From positions 10,273 through 74,272 of the forward strand of contig DMMZ01000027.1 of the NCBI GenBank assembly GCA_003452915.1: DNA of 64,000 nt, written 5' to 3'. Of this stretch, positions 26,969 through 36,412 are shown one piece after another; the stretch's first letter is position 1; each line of letters opens with the position of its first letter. The stretch is from Clostridiales bacterium (GTDB lineage Bacteria > Bacillota > Clostridia > Oscillospirales > CAG-382). The notes beneath the pieces were generated by a model. The model did not search any database and was not told the origin of the DNA. It worked only from the letters and a program-made list of their open reading frames with translations. The translations under genes and the position numbers were made by a program.

Positions 26969-27868
26969 TTAATTGAGTTGATACCTGTGAACCATGTTGA
27001 TATAATCCACATCGTCAGCTACAGGGTGATCGCTCAGACCGGAAATCTGCAGGTCGAGTATGTTGGCACCTTGAACAGACCAGACATAATCCAGGCGGTC
27101 TTCTGTCCAGTGTGTTCCGTCAAGCCGCAGATCACGCATAGTAGCAACAAGATAAGTTTCATCAGCGTCGTCGTCGGAAAGCTTGCCGGAACGTGGAACC
27201 ATAGACATGAAACGGGTAAAACGTAGCATCGGCTTGCCGTTTTCGCTTCGAGCAAAAATTTCACCAAAACCACGTTTGAATTCCAGTGATAGAGTGGCAA
27301 TCACATTTTTATTTTCATTGAGAAACTCATAAATACAAGTTACTGTGTCTGTTTCCTCTGTTCCGCTTACCCTAAAGGTATTTCTGAAATAACGTGTATC
27401 GGGATAATTCCTGGTATTAAAATTATGTACATCATCATTGGTACAGTTGTCAGGACTTCCGTAATGGGAACCCCAGGAAAATGCACTCCAGTAATCTTCC
27501 TCGGAATTATTTGCAAGTCCAGTATCCATGTGCCAGTATTTTCCGCCGGAAACATAACCCAGACACAAATACGCATTGCGACAGGGCTTGCCATCAATGT
27601 TCACCCTACGGATCTTCAATTCCCGAAGGTCAATAAGAGCCGAAGATTCCGTGTAAAGGTCAGAATAAACGCTGTGAGCGTAATAATGCGCACCGGCACA
27701 AAGCTCAAGCATACATTTGATATGATCTTTAAGAGGAACATCAAAACCGTAAAGACTTTCACGTGAACGGTAAATATAACCTCCAACCTTATCTATTGCA
27801 TGATAAGGGCCTATATAAACATTATCCATGCTGTTGTCAAGATCTTCCACTTTGTAATTATGTGACAT
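26969..27868 (-). CDS. Hypothetical cytoplasmic protein (no recognisable domain)
   Basis: 299-aa ORF with no signal peptide. Local G+C is elevated (spot counts of 42-52% per 60 nt), which also produces several shadow ORFs on both strands. Confidence 0.6.
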   Translation of the reverse strand: MSHNYKVEDLDNSMDNVYIGPYHAIDKVGGYIYRSRESLYGFDVPLKDHIKCMLELCAGAHYYAHSVYSDLYTESSALIDLRELKIRRVNIDGKPCRNAYLCLGYVSGGKYWHMDTGLANNSEEDYWSAFSWGSHYGSPDNCTNDDVHNFNTRNYPDTRYFRNTFRVSGTEETDTVTCIYEFLNENKNVIATLSLEFKRGFGEIFARSENGKPMLRFTRFMSMVPRSGKLSDDDADETYLVATMRDLRLDGTHWTEDRLDYVWSVQGANILDLQISGLSDHPVADDVDYINMVHRYQLN

Positions 27869-27996
27869 AATTTTATCCTTTCAGAATAGATTATTTATCT
27901 TACGTTGCATTCATGTTGCGCTTTTTATTATAAACTAAAGTTTATATAATTTCAATATTTTTCAGAAGATAATTATATGCAAATTACTAATTATAT

Positions 27997-28043
27997 TAAA
28001 AACCCCCGAAAACCTTGATTTACAAGGATATTCGAGGGTTTTT
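27997..28043 (-). terminator. Two-tier hairpin terminator; one of two near-identical 47-bp copies (the other is at 52316..52363)
   Basis: AAAAACCCCCGAAAACCTTGatttaCAAGGatatTCGAGGGTTTTTA, downstream of the 28098..29645 gene. Confidence 0.75.
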
Positions 28044-28097
28044 AATGCAATGAACGAGAAATAAAAATAACTAAATATACGCTAATTTAGAAAGAAT

Positions 28098-29645
28098 TTA
28101 TGTTTTTTTGTATTTTAATTTACTATATATCAATATTCCGACCGATGTTATTATTACTGCCGAAATTCCTAAAATCCAAGGAAGAACAGATGCTTCTTTG
28201 TTTTTTATTTTATCGGTTGAATTTATCGTTTCATTTGATTCAATCGCTTCTGATGCTTCTGTTGAGTTTGACTCTGTTTCGCAATTACTTACAGTTTCGC
28301 TTTCCGTTTTTGTATATGAATTAATCTCTGACTCAATTTCATAGCTATTTTCAGAATTTGTCTCGGAAGAAAGCGTATATAGTTCGCATAGGATAATAAG
28401 TATATGACCAGCTTCTGCACAGTAATAGGGCTCGATATGATTTTTTTGTATATAACTTCTATTAATGGTTTTTATGTAATCGTTAACACGGTCTAAGTCA
28501 TTCATTAAAACAGCTGCACGACCTATCAGAGCCCACGGGTAAGCGTCCCCGCAATCCATATTTACCCAATCTTTTCTCGTTACTCCTGTTTTTCCGAATT
28601 CCTCGTTAAAACGGTTATATATAAAAGTTGCTTTTTCACTTTGTGTCTCAAGTAGGCCGAATATTACTGGGAACAACTGACTTGTTGCGTTAGGATAAAA
28701 TACTTTCATATCCTCCTTTGTTGTACCAAAAGCAGGCTTACCGTTATCAAATACCCCGGGAGAAAATGCTTTGTTATTATCATCCCAAAAAGTGTTAAGC
28801 AAAGCTGACTTTATCTTTTCCGTATTTACAAAGCATTCTTTAGCATAAGATTTATCATCAATAAATTCCGTAAAAATTTTGTCGGCTGCAAGGTAACCTT
28901 TATACACCTCACAGTTATCCATAAGGTATGCAACCATATAATCCGGTTTTGCTCCTGTCAAATCGAGGTTCTTAATATATGTAGCATTTATCACATCAAT
29001 GAGAGTTTTGACAAGCTCTTTTTTATCATTTAAGAAATCATTGTCAAATACTCTTGTGTATTCGTATAGAAGTTCAAGAAAGATCGCTGCATATGAATCG
29101 GTACTGTCATAATTACTTTTGCGTAAAAGTTCGTTTTTGTGATTTTTATAAGCTGTCGGATAATCAAGCTCGATAATTTTTCCGTTATCGCCTATAAAAA
29201 CATAATAATCATAAACAGTACCCTTGACCCCGTTGACATCACTTTTTAGAGTATTCATATGTAAAATATACCAGTTGATATAATTCAAGGCAGTATCTTT
29301 ACCATCATTAATTTTTAATGTATCACAGCCTTGTATCAGTCCAAGAACGGCAAAAGCAGAAAAATAAGGAATAATTTTTGTACTTTTCCAAGATGTATAT
29401 TCGCTTGATTTTATACCATCAATATCAGGCAGTGGTAGGTATTCAGAGTATGAAATAATCTTTGGTAATGAGAATGCGATAGCACTGTTTGGTAACGCAA
29501 GAGAATTAACATATTCTATTTCTTTGTAAATCAAGTCTTTATAATAATTACTATTTTCCATATTACCAAACTCCTCAGCTATACATATTAAGGATAGTGG
29601 AAATGCTAAAACAATCGATAATAATAAACATATCAGCTTTTTCAT
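28098..29645 (-). CDS. Secreted, C-terminally membrane-anchored protein of unknown function
   Basis: N-terminal signal peptide (MKKLICLLLSIVLAFPLSLICIA), an S/E/T-rich linker, and a C-terminal TM helix plus a KYKKT tail. Confidence 0.7.
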   Translation of the reverse strand: MKKLICLLLSIVLAFPLSLICIAEEFGNMENSNYYKDLIYKEIEYVNSLALPNSAIAFSLPKIISYSEYLPLPDIDGIKSSEYTSWKSTKIIPYFSAFAVLGLIQGCDTLKINDGKDTALNYINWYILHMNTLKSDVNGVKGTVYDYYVFIGDNGKIIELDYPTAYKNHKNELLRKSNYDSTDSYAAIFLELLYEYTRVFDNDFLNDKKELVKTLIDVINATYIKNLDLTGAKPDYMVAYLMDNCEVYKGYLAADKIFTEFIDDKSYAKECFVNTEKIKSALLNTFWDDNNKAFSPGVFDNGKPAFGTTKEDMKVFYPNATSQLFPVIFGLLETQSEKATFIYNRFNEEFGKTGVTRKDWVNMDCGDAYPWALIGRAAVLMNDLDRVNDYIKTINRSYIQKNHIEPYYCAEAGHILIILCELYTLSSETNSENSYEIESEINSYTKTESETVSNCETESNSTEASEAIESNETINSTDKIKNKEASVLPWILGISAVIITSVGILIYSKLKYKKT

Positions 29646-29716
29646 TAAAAAATTTCATCCTTTTAAGCAAGATTTAAAATATCAACAGTATTTAGAATTG
29701 ATTTATTGAGTAATTT

Positions 29717-32215
29717 TTAATCTGAAGACTCAACCATCTTAATAAATATTTCAGTAAATAAGGGATCAAAATACAATCCTGACTTTTCACGAATTGCTTT
29801 TATTGCTTCTTCTTTACTAATTGGTTCGAAATTTGAGCTGCCATACAATTTTCGTTCGTAATTCTCTGCCAGATTAATTATTCTTGAAAGCATTGGTATT
29901 TCTTCGCTCTTTAAACCCTTAGGATAACCTGAACCATCCCAGCGTTCCTGATGCGAAAGTACGATTTCTGCCATGTCAATGGTACTGTCAAAAGAATTTA
30001 ATATTCTATACCCGATAACAGGGTGCTTTTTTATTTCATTCCATTCTTCATCATTGATATTTACATTTTTGTTTAATAATTTAGGTTCCAACACAATTTT
30101 ACCTATATCATGAAGATAGCCAGCTTCTCTTAATTTTCTGATCTCTACGTTGGAAAGATTCAGCATTTTTCCCATATTACCGCAAAGCTCACTCACATGA
30201 ATAGAGTGTTCTTTTTCTCTGGGGTTGTTCTCGTGAAGTGTTTTAATAATTGTATCAATAGATTGGCTTTTAAAATTATCTCGTTCAATACTTTTTGCTT
30301 CATACATTTTTTCTTCAGCTCTATTCAATACGCACAGGATACTTTGGGCTTCATCTTGTTTTGTATCAGTACCAATTGAAATACTGCCCCTTATTGCTTT
30401 AATCTGCACTTTTTTTAATTCATCTTTTATCCTAAAAGCTATGTCTTGTGCTTCTGAGTAACTAGTTTGGGGTAAAAGTATTATAAACTCGTCCCCACCC
30501 CATCTGGCAATTATATCTCTATTTTTACAAACATTACACATAACCTGAGCGGTGTTTTCTAAGAGTTTATCTCCATATGTATGCCCGAAAATATCATTGG
30601 TCAATTTTAATCCATTAACATCTCCCATTATAATTGAAAGAGGCAGATTCTGCTTATTATCTAAACGGCGTAATTCATCCTCGAAAAATCTGCGGTTATA
30701 TAATCCGGTTAAAGAATCATGAAAACTTAAATAATCGATTTTTTTCCTTTGCTCCATTTTATCTGTAACATCCCGAAAGACAAGAATAACGCCGACAGTT
30801 TCACCAGAGTCATCTTTAATGGGAGCTGCACTGTCTTCCAACGAATATTTTATTCCGTTTTTAGATGTAAGTATAGCGTGGTTTCCGAATTCCTGTACGT
30901 TATCAGTTTCAAAAACTTTCTGTATAGGATCGTTTATTACCATTTCTTTGTTTTCGTCAGAAATATCAAATATTTCTTTATATTGTTTTCCAAGTGCTTG
31001 TGATAAAGTCCAACCGGTTAAATCCTCCGCAACTTTATTGAGCATATCGATATTTCCGTTTTTATCAACAACCAAAACACCATCACCGATTGAAAATAAT
31101 GTCTGCAGATATTTATTTCGTTCAAAGGATAATCTCTCTTGTTTTTCTCTTCTTTCTACAGCATTCCATACCCCGTTCATTAATAATATCATTTCGTATA
31201 CATCATTATCATCATAGTCATTAATTTTATTTGCAAGTCCTATCACTGCAAGAATTTTCTCATCAATTATAACCGGAATAGACATAAATTTACTCAGCGC
31301 AATATGACCTGCCGGATGACCTTTTTTAAGAGGATTAGGCTGTTTAAAATTATTTACTATTATTGGTTTACGTTGTCTGACAACCTCGCCCCAGATACCG
31401 GTTTTGTCTAAATGATAAGTGCTCTGTTTATCCATAACCTGGCATGCTTCCATAACACCTATTGTCCAGGAATTAAGGGTAAATTGTCTTTTTTCTTCGT
31501 CATACATATATATGTATCCATACTTACTTTCAGTTAATTCCAAAGCTTGATGCAATACATAATCAAGCTGTTCTTGTCTGCTTTTAAAATTACTGTTTAG
31601 AACATCAACAAGTATTTTATGACGGTAAAGTATTTTTTCTGTTTTTTTCAGTCTAATTCGTTCATCAGTTATATCCTTTAAATAAGCACCTACGCCGAAT
31701 TTACCGTTTAGCATTTTTACAGGAAATTTTGTTATTTTATAAATGTAACCTTGCAATTCTGCTTCTTCAATAATTAATTTTCCGTTTTTTAAAACATCGA
31801 GATCTGTTTGCCTTTGGTGTTCTACCCTCTCATCATTTAAAAAAACAGTATCATCATGACCGATAATTTTTTCTGATTGAATTTTATAAACAGATTCAAA
31901 CGCCTTGTTTATAAAGACGTATTTTAAATTTTCGTCCTTTAAATAAACCAAACTATCTTCCGCATCACCGAATGTTTTCATTAAATTGTTAATGTTTATA
32001 ATATTTTTATTTAAAATTTTTAATTTTTTATTATTCAATATTAAAATCAGCAATATAAAAATAAATAAGGCGAATATAATTATTATCTCAGTACCATGAT
32101 CGTTAAATATATTTGTTATATTTATATCATTTGTTACGTTTTTTGCACCTACAACAGTTGACATAGAGGATATAATTATGAAAAATATTATTACGTAAAT
32201 AACTATTTTTGTCAT
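29717..32215 (-). CDS. Membrane PAS-GAF-PAS-GGDEF-HD-GYP c-di-GMP turnover protein
   Basis: Two N-terminal TM helices. GGDEF (RWGGDEFIILLP) is intact and the I-site position reads KNRD, not RxxD. HD-GYP is intact: HDIGK ... HQERWDGSGYPKGL. Confidence 0.9.
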   Translation of the reverse strand: MTKIVIYVIIFFIIISSMSTVVGAKNVTNDINITNIFNDHGTEIIIIFALFIFILLILILNNKKLKILNKNIININNLMKTFGDAEDSLVYLKDENLKYVFINKAFESVYKIQSEKIIGHDDTVFLNDERVEHQRQTDLDVLKNGKLIIEEAELQGYIYKITKFPVKMLNGKFGVGAYLKDITDERIRLKKTEKILYRHKILVDVLNSNFKSRQEQLDYVLHQALELTESKYGYIYMYDEEKRQFTLNSWTIGVMEACQVMDKQSTYHLDKTGIWGEVVRQRKPIIVNNFKQPNPLKKGHPAGHIALSKFMSIPVIIDEKILAVIGLANKINDYDDNDVYEMILLMNGVWNAVERREKQERLSFERNKYLQTLFSIGDGVLVVDKNGNIDMLNKVAEDLTGWTLSQALGKQYKEIFDISDENKEMVINDPIQKVFETDNVQEFGNHAILTSKNGIKYSLEDSAAPIKDDSGETVGVILVFRDVTDKMEQRKKIDYLSFHDSLTGLYNRRFFEDELRRLDNKQNLPLSIIMGDVNGLKLTNDIFGHTYGDKLLENTAQVMCNVCKNRDIIARWGGDEFIILLPQTSYSEAQDIAFRIKDELKKVQIKAIRGSISIGTDTKQDEAQSILCVLNRAEEKMYEAKSIERDNFKSQSIDTIIKTLHENNPREKEHSIHVSELCGNMGKMLNLSNVEIRKLREAGYLHDIGKIVLEPKLLNKNVNINDEEWNEIKKHPVIGYRILNSFDSTIDMAEIVLSHQERWDGSGYPKGLKSEEIPMLSRIINLAENYERKLYGSSNFEPISKEEAIKAIREKSGLYFDPLFTEIFIKMVESSD

Positions 32216-32230
32216 ATTTTTATCTCCTTC

Positions 32231-34969
32231 CTAATTTGAAAAAGACTGTACACACATTATTTTTTCAAACGCTTCTACAATTTGAGGATCAAATTGTGTT
32301 CCTGCATTCTTTATAATTTCGTTAATCGCATCTTTTTCTGTCATTGCTTTACGATATACTCTGTCATTCGTCATAGCATCATAAGCATCCACAATTGAAA
32401 GAATTCTTGAAAGCAGTGGTATAGCCTCTCCCTTAAGTCTGTGAGGATAACCCTCTCCGTCCCAACGCTCATGGTGTGCAAGTATGTAATCTGCGATATG
32501 CTCCAATCCTGATGAAGCTTTAGCTATTCTATAACCAATTTCGGGATGCTTTTTCATGATGATCCATTCATCTTCGGTAAGTTTTCCCGGTTTGTTTAAA
32601 ATTGCGTCATCAATTACCGCTTTACCAATGTCATGAAGTACTGATAAAAGTTCTAATTCGCCAAGGGTTTTTTGTGGTAGATTTAACTTTTCACCTATTT
32701 TTTTAGACATAACAGAAAGTCTTTTTGCGTGTTCTTCTGTTTCCTGACTCTTTTCATAAACAGTTGCCATTATTGATGAAATAAGGTTACTATGGAAACT
32801 TTTGCTATTTAAAAGTTTTTGATTGCGTAAATATTCATCTGCCATTTTTGCTGTTTCTTCGATATTTACATTCGAATTATTTTTTGTGCAAAATCCGATC
32901 GAGAGATTGATTTCATATAATTTTATTTTATGATTCTCATTAAATACATCGCATTCCTTATTGATTAAATTAAACATTTTATATGCTTCTTCATTATTGG
33001 TGTTAGGCATAATTATAACAAACTCGTCACCGCCGATTCTTGCTAAAACATCTTCCTTTCGACAGCATTTTTGTAGAATAATCGAGGTTTCTTTAATTAA
33101 CTTGTCTCCTTCTGCATAACCAAAAGCATCGTTTATAAGTCGTACACCGTTTATATCAGCGATTAAAATTGATATGGGAAGATAATATTCCTTATCTAAC
33201 ATTATTTTAATTTCTTCATAATATTTTCGATTGTAAAGCCCGGTTAGATAATCGTGGTATATTAAATAAACGAGATCATCTTGTGCTTTTTTTCTATCAG
33301 TTATATCACTCGCAAAACCAAGAAATTGGTTTTCTGTTAGCTTTACAGAATTGATTCTCCACCATCTGATTGTTCCGTTTTTATGTTTATATCTCAATTC
33401 TGTTTTCATAGAACCTGTTTTTAATAAAAACATAAAATTTTGTAAGGCTTCATGTAATGAATCTTTGAAAGTAATGTCTTTGATATTAGTATGCAAAAGC
33501 TCATCTTTACTATAACCCGTCATAGTAATTGTAGCTTTGTTTACATCAATAAATTGTCCTTTTTCATTAACGACAAAAATTCCATCTGGTGCATTTTCAA
33601 TATAGTTGCTATATTTTTTTTCACTTTCCAATAAATCGTTTTCAGTACGCTTACGATCAGTAACATCTCTGATATTACATTGAATTAATTTTTGACTTTT
33701 AACTAAATAAGCAATGCTGATAAATTCAATGTTAATACTCTGTCCATTTGCTTTTTTTATGATCAAATCTTCAAAATAATTATAATCTTTCTGAAGTATT
33801 TCGAAGAAATCATTTAAGTCTTTTATTATATCTTTTAACGCGTCGGTCTCCCAAATCAGTTTATTTATTAATTGTTCTTTTTTGTAACCTAATAAACTTG
33901 TTATAAATGGATTGATGTCTAGAATTATACCGGTTGTTGCGTCAAGAATTATTATTCCGTCTTTTGATGCTTCAAAAAGACGGCGATAACGCATTTCTGA
34001 AGTTATTAATGCTTCTTCAACTTTTTTATGCTCGGTAATGTCACGAAGAATACAATGTGTTTGCTTAAAATCGCCATTATAATCAAGTCCGATTTTTCCG
34101 TCAAAGGAAATAGTTAGTATTGTCCCGTTTTTATGAAGCATTTCAAATTCACTATGTATTTTTCCTTGAGCTTTAATTAGAGAAAACCGTTTTATGAATC
34201 CTTCTTTACAAAACGGTGTAAGAAAATTTCCAAACCATTTACCGATTACCTCCTCACGTGTATAGCCGAGAGTATCAAGCCATTGTTGATTGACATCAAT
34301 AAAATATCCGTTTATATCCAACGATTGATATCCAAGCGGTGCTTTATTAAAAAGAAGCTGAAATCTTTCTTCGGATTCTTTTAATTGTTCTTGATAACGT
34401 CGACGTTCTTGTTGTCTAATTAATAATAAACTTAACAATATAGATGCTATCGGGTAAATTAATAAAACCGGTAAGGCAATTTCCTTTATAACTTTAAATC
34501 TATCAGGATGTAAAAGCATACAGGCTAACATTGTAATATGTACTACTATACTCATTGTATAAATATTTAGCGAACGTAATTTCCTAGATTTAGGATAAAG
34601 CCATTTTCTCCATGCCAAACCAATTAAAGCGCTTGCAGCGATAACCGTAAGTCCCGGTATTGTACCGCTGCCGCCAACGATTATTCTATAAATAGCAGCC
34701 ACTGTTGCTGTTATTATTGTAGGTATTGATCCGAAAATTAAAGCTGTGACACTAATTAAAATAGATCTGGTATCAAAAACCAAACCCGGCTGCAGTTTAA
34801 ATGGCATTAACATAATAGCTATGCAAATAATTGATATAAGTATGCCATTAATTATAGGTTCGAATCGTTTATACTTAATAGGTAATAAATAACTAAACTC
34901 ATAAATTACCGATAAAACCAATAACAGGGCAGCATTATTCACCAAAGCAGTCACTAAAGTCTGGTTCAT
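32231..34969 (-). CDS. 5TMR-LYT membrane sensor-PASx3-GGDEF-HD-GYP c-di-GMP turnover protein
   Basis: LytS-type multi-TM N-domain followed by PAS repeats. GGDEF (RIGGDEFVIIMP) has an RKED I-site 5 residues upstream. HD-GYP: HDIGK ... HHERWDGEGYPHRL. Confidence 0.9.
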   Translation of the reverse strand: MNQTLVTALVNNAALLLVLSVIYEFSYLLPIKYKRFEPIINGILISIICIAIMLMPFKLQPGLVFDTRSILISVTALIFGSIPTIITATVAAIYRIIVGGSGTIPGLTVIAASALIGLAWRKWLYPKSRKLRSLNIYTMSIVVHITMLACMLLHPDRFKVIKEIALPVLLIYPIASILLSLLLIRQQERRRYQEQLKESEERFQLLFNKAPLGYQSLDINGYFIDVNQQWLDTLGYTREEVIGKWFGNFLTPFCKEGFIKRFSLIKAQGKIHSEFEMLHKNGTILTISFDGKIGLDYNGDFKQTHCILRDITEHKKVEEALITSEMRYRRLFEASKDGIIILDATTGIILDINPFITSLLGYKKEQLINKLIWETDALKDIIKDLNDFFEILQKDYNYFEDLIIKKANGQSINIEFISIAYLVKSQKLIQCNIRDVTDRKRTENDLLESEKKYSNYIENAPDGIFVVNEKGQFIDVNKATITMTGYSKDELLHTNIKDITFKDSLHEALQNFMFLLKTGSMKTELRYKHKNGTIRWWRINSVKLTENQFLGFASDITDRKKAQDDLVYLIYHDYLTGLYNRKYYEEIKIMLDKEYYLPISILIADINGVRLINDAFGYAEGDKLIKETSIILQKCCRKEDVLARIGGDEFVIIMPNTNNEEAYKMFNLINKECDVFNENHKIKLYEINLSIGFCTKNNSNVNIEETAKMADEYLRNQKLLNSKSFHSNLISSIMATVYEKSQETEEHAKRLSVMSKKIGEKLNLPQKTLGELELLSVLHDIGKAVIDDAILNKPGKLTEDEWIIMKKHPEIGYRIAKASSGLEHIADYILAHHERWDGEGYPHRLKGEAIPLLSRILSIVDAYDAMTNDRVYRKAMTEKDAINEIIKNAGTQFDPQIVEAFEKIMCVQSFSN

Positions 34970-35562
34970 GTAAACTCCTCTTTCTATTATGTCATAACTA
35001 TGTCAGATTAAATCATTTTTACTATAACATAAAAAAACTTAAATTTCAACAAAATATGATATGATGTAATATTTTACTTTGTTATTTATATATAAAAGAT
35101 ATCAATATATTTATTAACAAATGATGATTATTTCATTTTTATGTATAAGAATAATTCATAAAATGAAATGCACAGCCCTAATCAAAGGAGTGTGCATTTC
35201 TTTTTTGGAATTCGTTAGAATACTGATAACTATTCAGATTTAATTCAAGGTTTAAATTTTAAAATAACTCAATAAATCAATGCTGTCTCATTGATAGTCA
35301 AGCTACATTTGTCAGAATCAAGAAAAGCCCTGACACCAAAAGGAAAGGTAATTTTTTGACTATAGTGACTTTTAATAGTTAGTCACCTTTAAGCTTACTG
35401 TCTATTTAAAAAATACTTAAGCTTCAAAGTAATAAAGTAAAATATGCTTGATAACTTTCTGGTATAATGATTTCAGATGGAAAAGAATCAGAAAAAGTAA
35501 CCATAAAAAAATCAAGCATATCGTTATCGATAAAGAATTAGATATATTCGGTTAGGAGAGTT

Positions 35563-35850
35563 ATGATGGAACTAAATGAAAAAGTACAAAGCGTATTTCA
35601 ATATAAAGTAGTTAAAAAAGGTATATTAAACAGCTTAAAAAGCAGCATTAAACTACCTGTATATGTACTGGAGTTCTTATTTCTCAATATGCAGATAAAG
35701 ATTTAAGTAATGAGGAGGTTGTTAATAAAGTTAAAGACATCCTAAATAAGCACTACATATTACCGTAAGATAAAATCAAAATTATAGATGCTAAAGTGCA
35801 TGATAATGCCAACCATTATACCAACTATAAGGCTTGTGATTATTGGTAGA
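35563..35850 (+). pseudogene. Decayed N-terminal relic of a Lon-like BrxL-type (BREX-associated) gene
   Basis: After AGGAGAG: MMELNEKVQSVFQYKVVKKGILNSLKSSIKLPVYVLEFL, then a 1-nt frameshift, then ISQYADKDLSNEEVVNKVKDILNKHYILP*. It resembles the conserved BrxL N-terminus (..K..F.GK.V.K......VP.YVLEYLLGQY) as I recall it. It is truncated after about 95 codons by stops. Confidence 0.45.
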
Positions 35851-36112
35851 AAAGGGTTAAATAATCATCACCAAGATGGGATGAATTAGATATACAAAAC
35901 ATTCTTACTATAATAAAACTCGTATTGTATGGATTATATGTTTTTAAATGTAGGAGTTTCAACCACACCACAAGTTCAATCGTTTTATTGAAAAAGATAA
36001 AGAACAATAAACTGTAATAAGAAACATCGTAAACGTTTATCTTTAGTAGAGATTGTTGCTACAAATTAATATTTTTTAGTTTTTAAAATTCTTGATTTTG
36101 CGTATAATTAAT

Positions 36113-36141
36113 TTGACGTTTACAAATGTTTATGTTATAAT
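36113..36141 (+). promoter_or_regulatory. Sigma-A promoter of the rib operon
   Basis: TTGACG (36113-36118), a 17-nt spacer, then TATAAT (36136-36141). Confidence 0.7.
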
Positions 36142-36154
36142 GTTATTTAATTTA

Positions 36155-36270
36155 ATAGAAGTCTTCAGGGCAGGGTTAAATTCCCTACCGGTGGTATAGC
36201 CCACGAACCGAGAGGTATGATTTGGTGAAATTCCAAAGCCGACAGTATAGTCTGGATGAAAGAAGATAAA
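36155..36270 (+). promoter_or_regulatory. FMN riboswitch (RFN element) aptamer
   Basis: GTCTTCAGGGCAGGGTTAAATTCCCTACCGGTGGTATAGCCCACGA...GGTGAAATTCCAAAGCCGACAGTATAGTCTGGATGAAAGAAGA matches the conserved RFN core blocks. It lies upstream of ribD. Confidence 0.93.
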
Positions 36271-36304
36271 TATATCAGCATTATTGCTTATATTGTAATC
36301 GTTG

Positions 36305-36337
36305 CTCTGAAATGTTTATTGCATTTCAGAGTTTTTT
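36305..36337 (+). terminator. Riboswitch expression-platform terminator
   Basis: CTCTGAAATGtttattgCATTTCAGAG followed by TTTTTT. Confidence 0.85.
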
Positions 36338-36412
36338 ACAGTGATAATATATTTGTAAAAAGTGCTTTGAACATTTTGTTTAAGGCACTATATTTATTAC
36401 AGGCGGTGTGAA

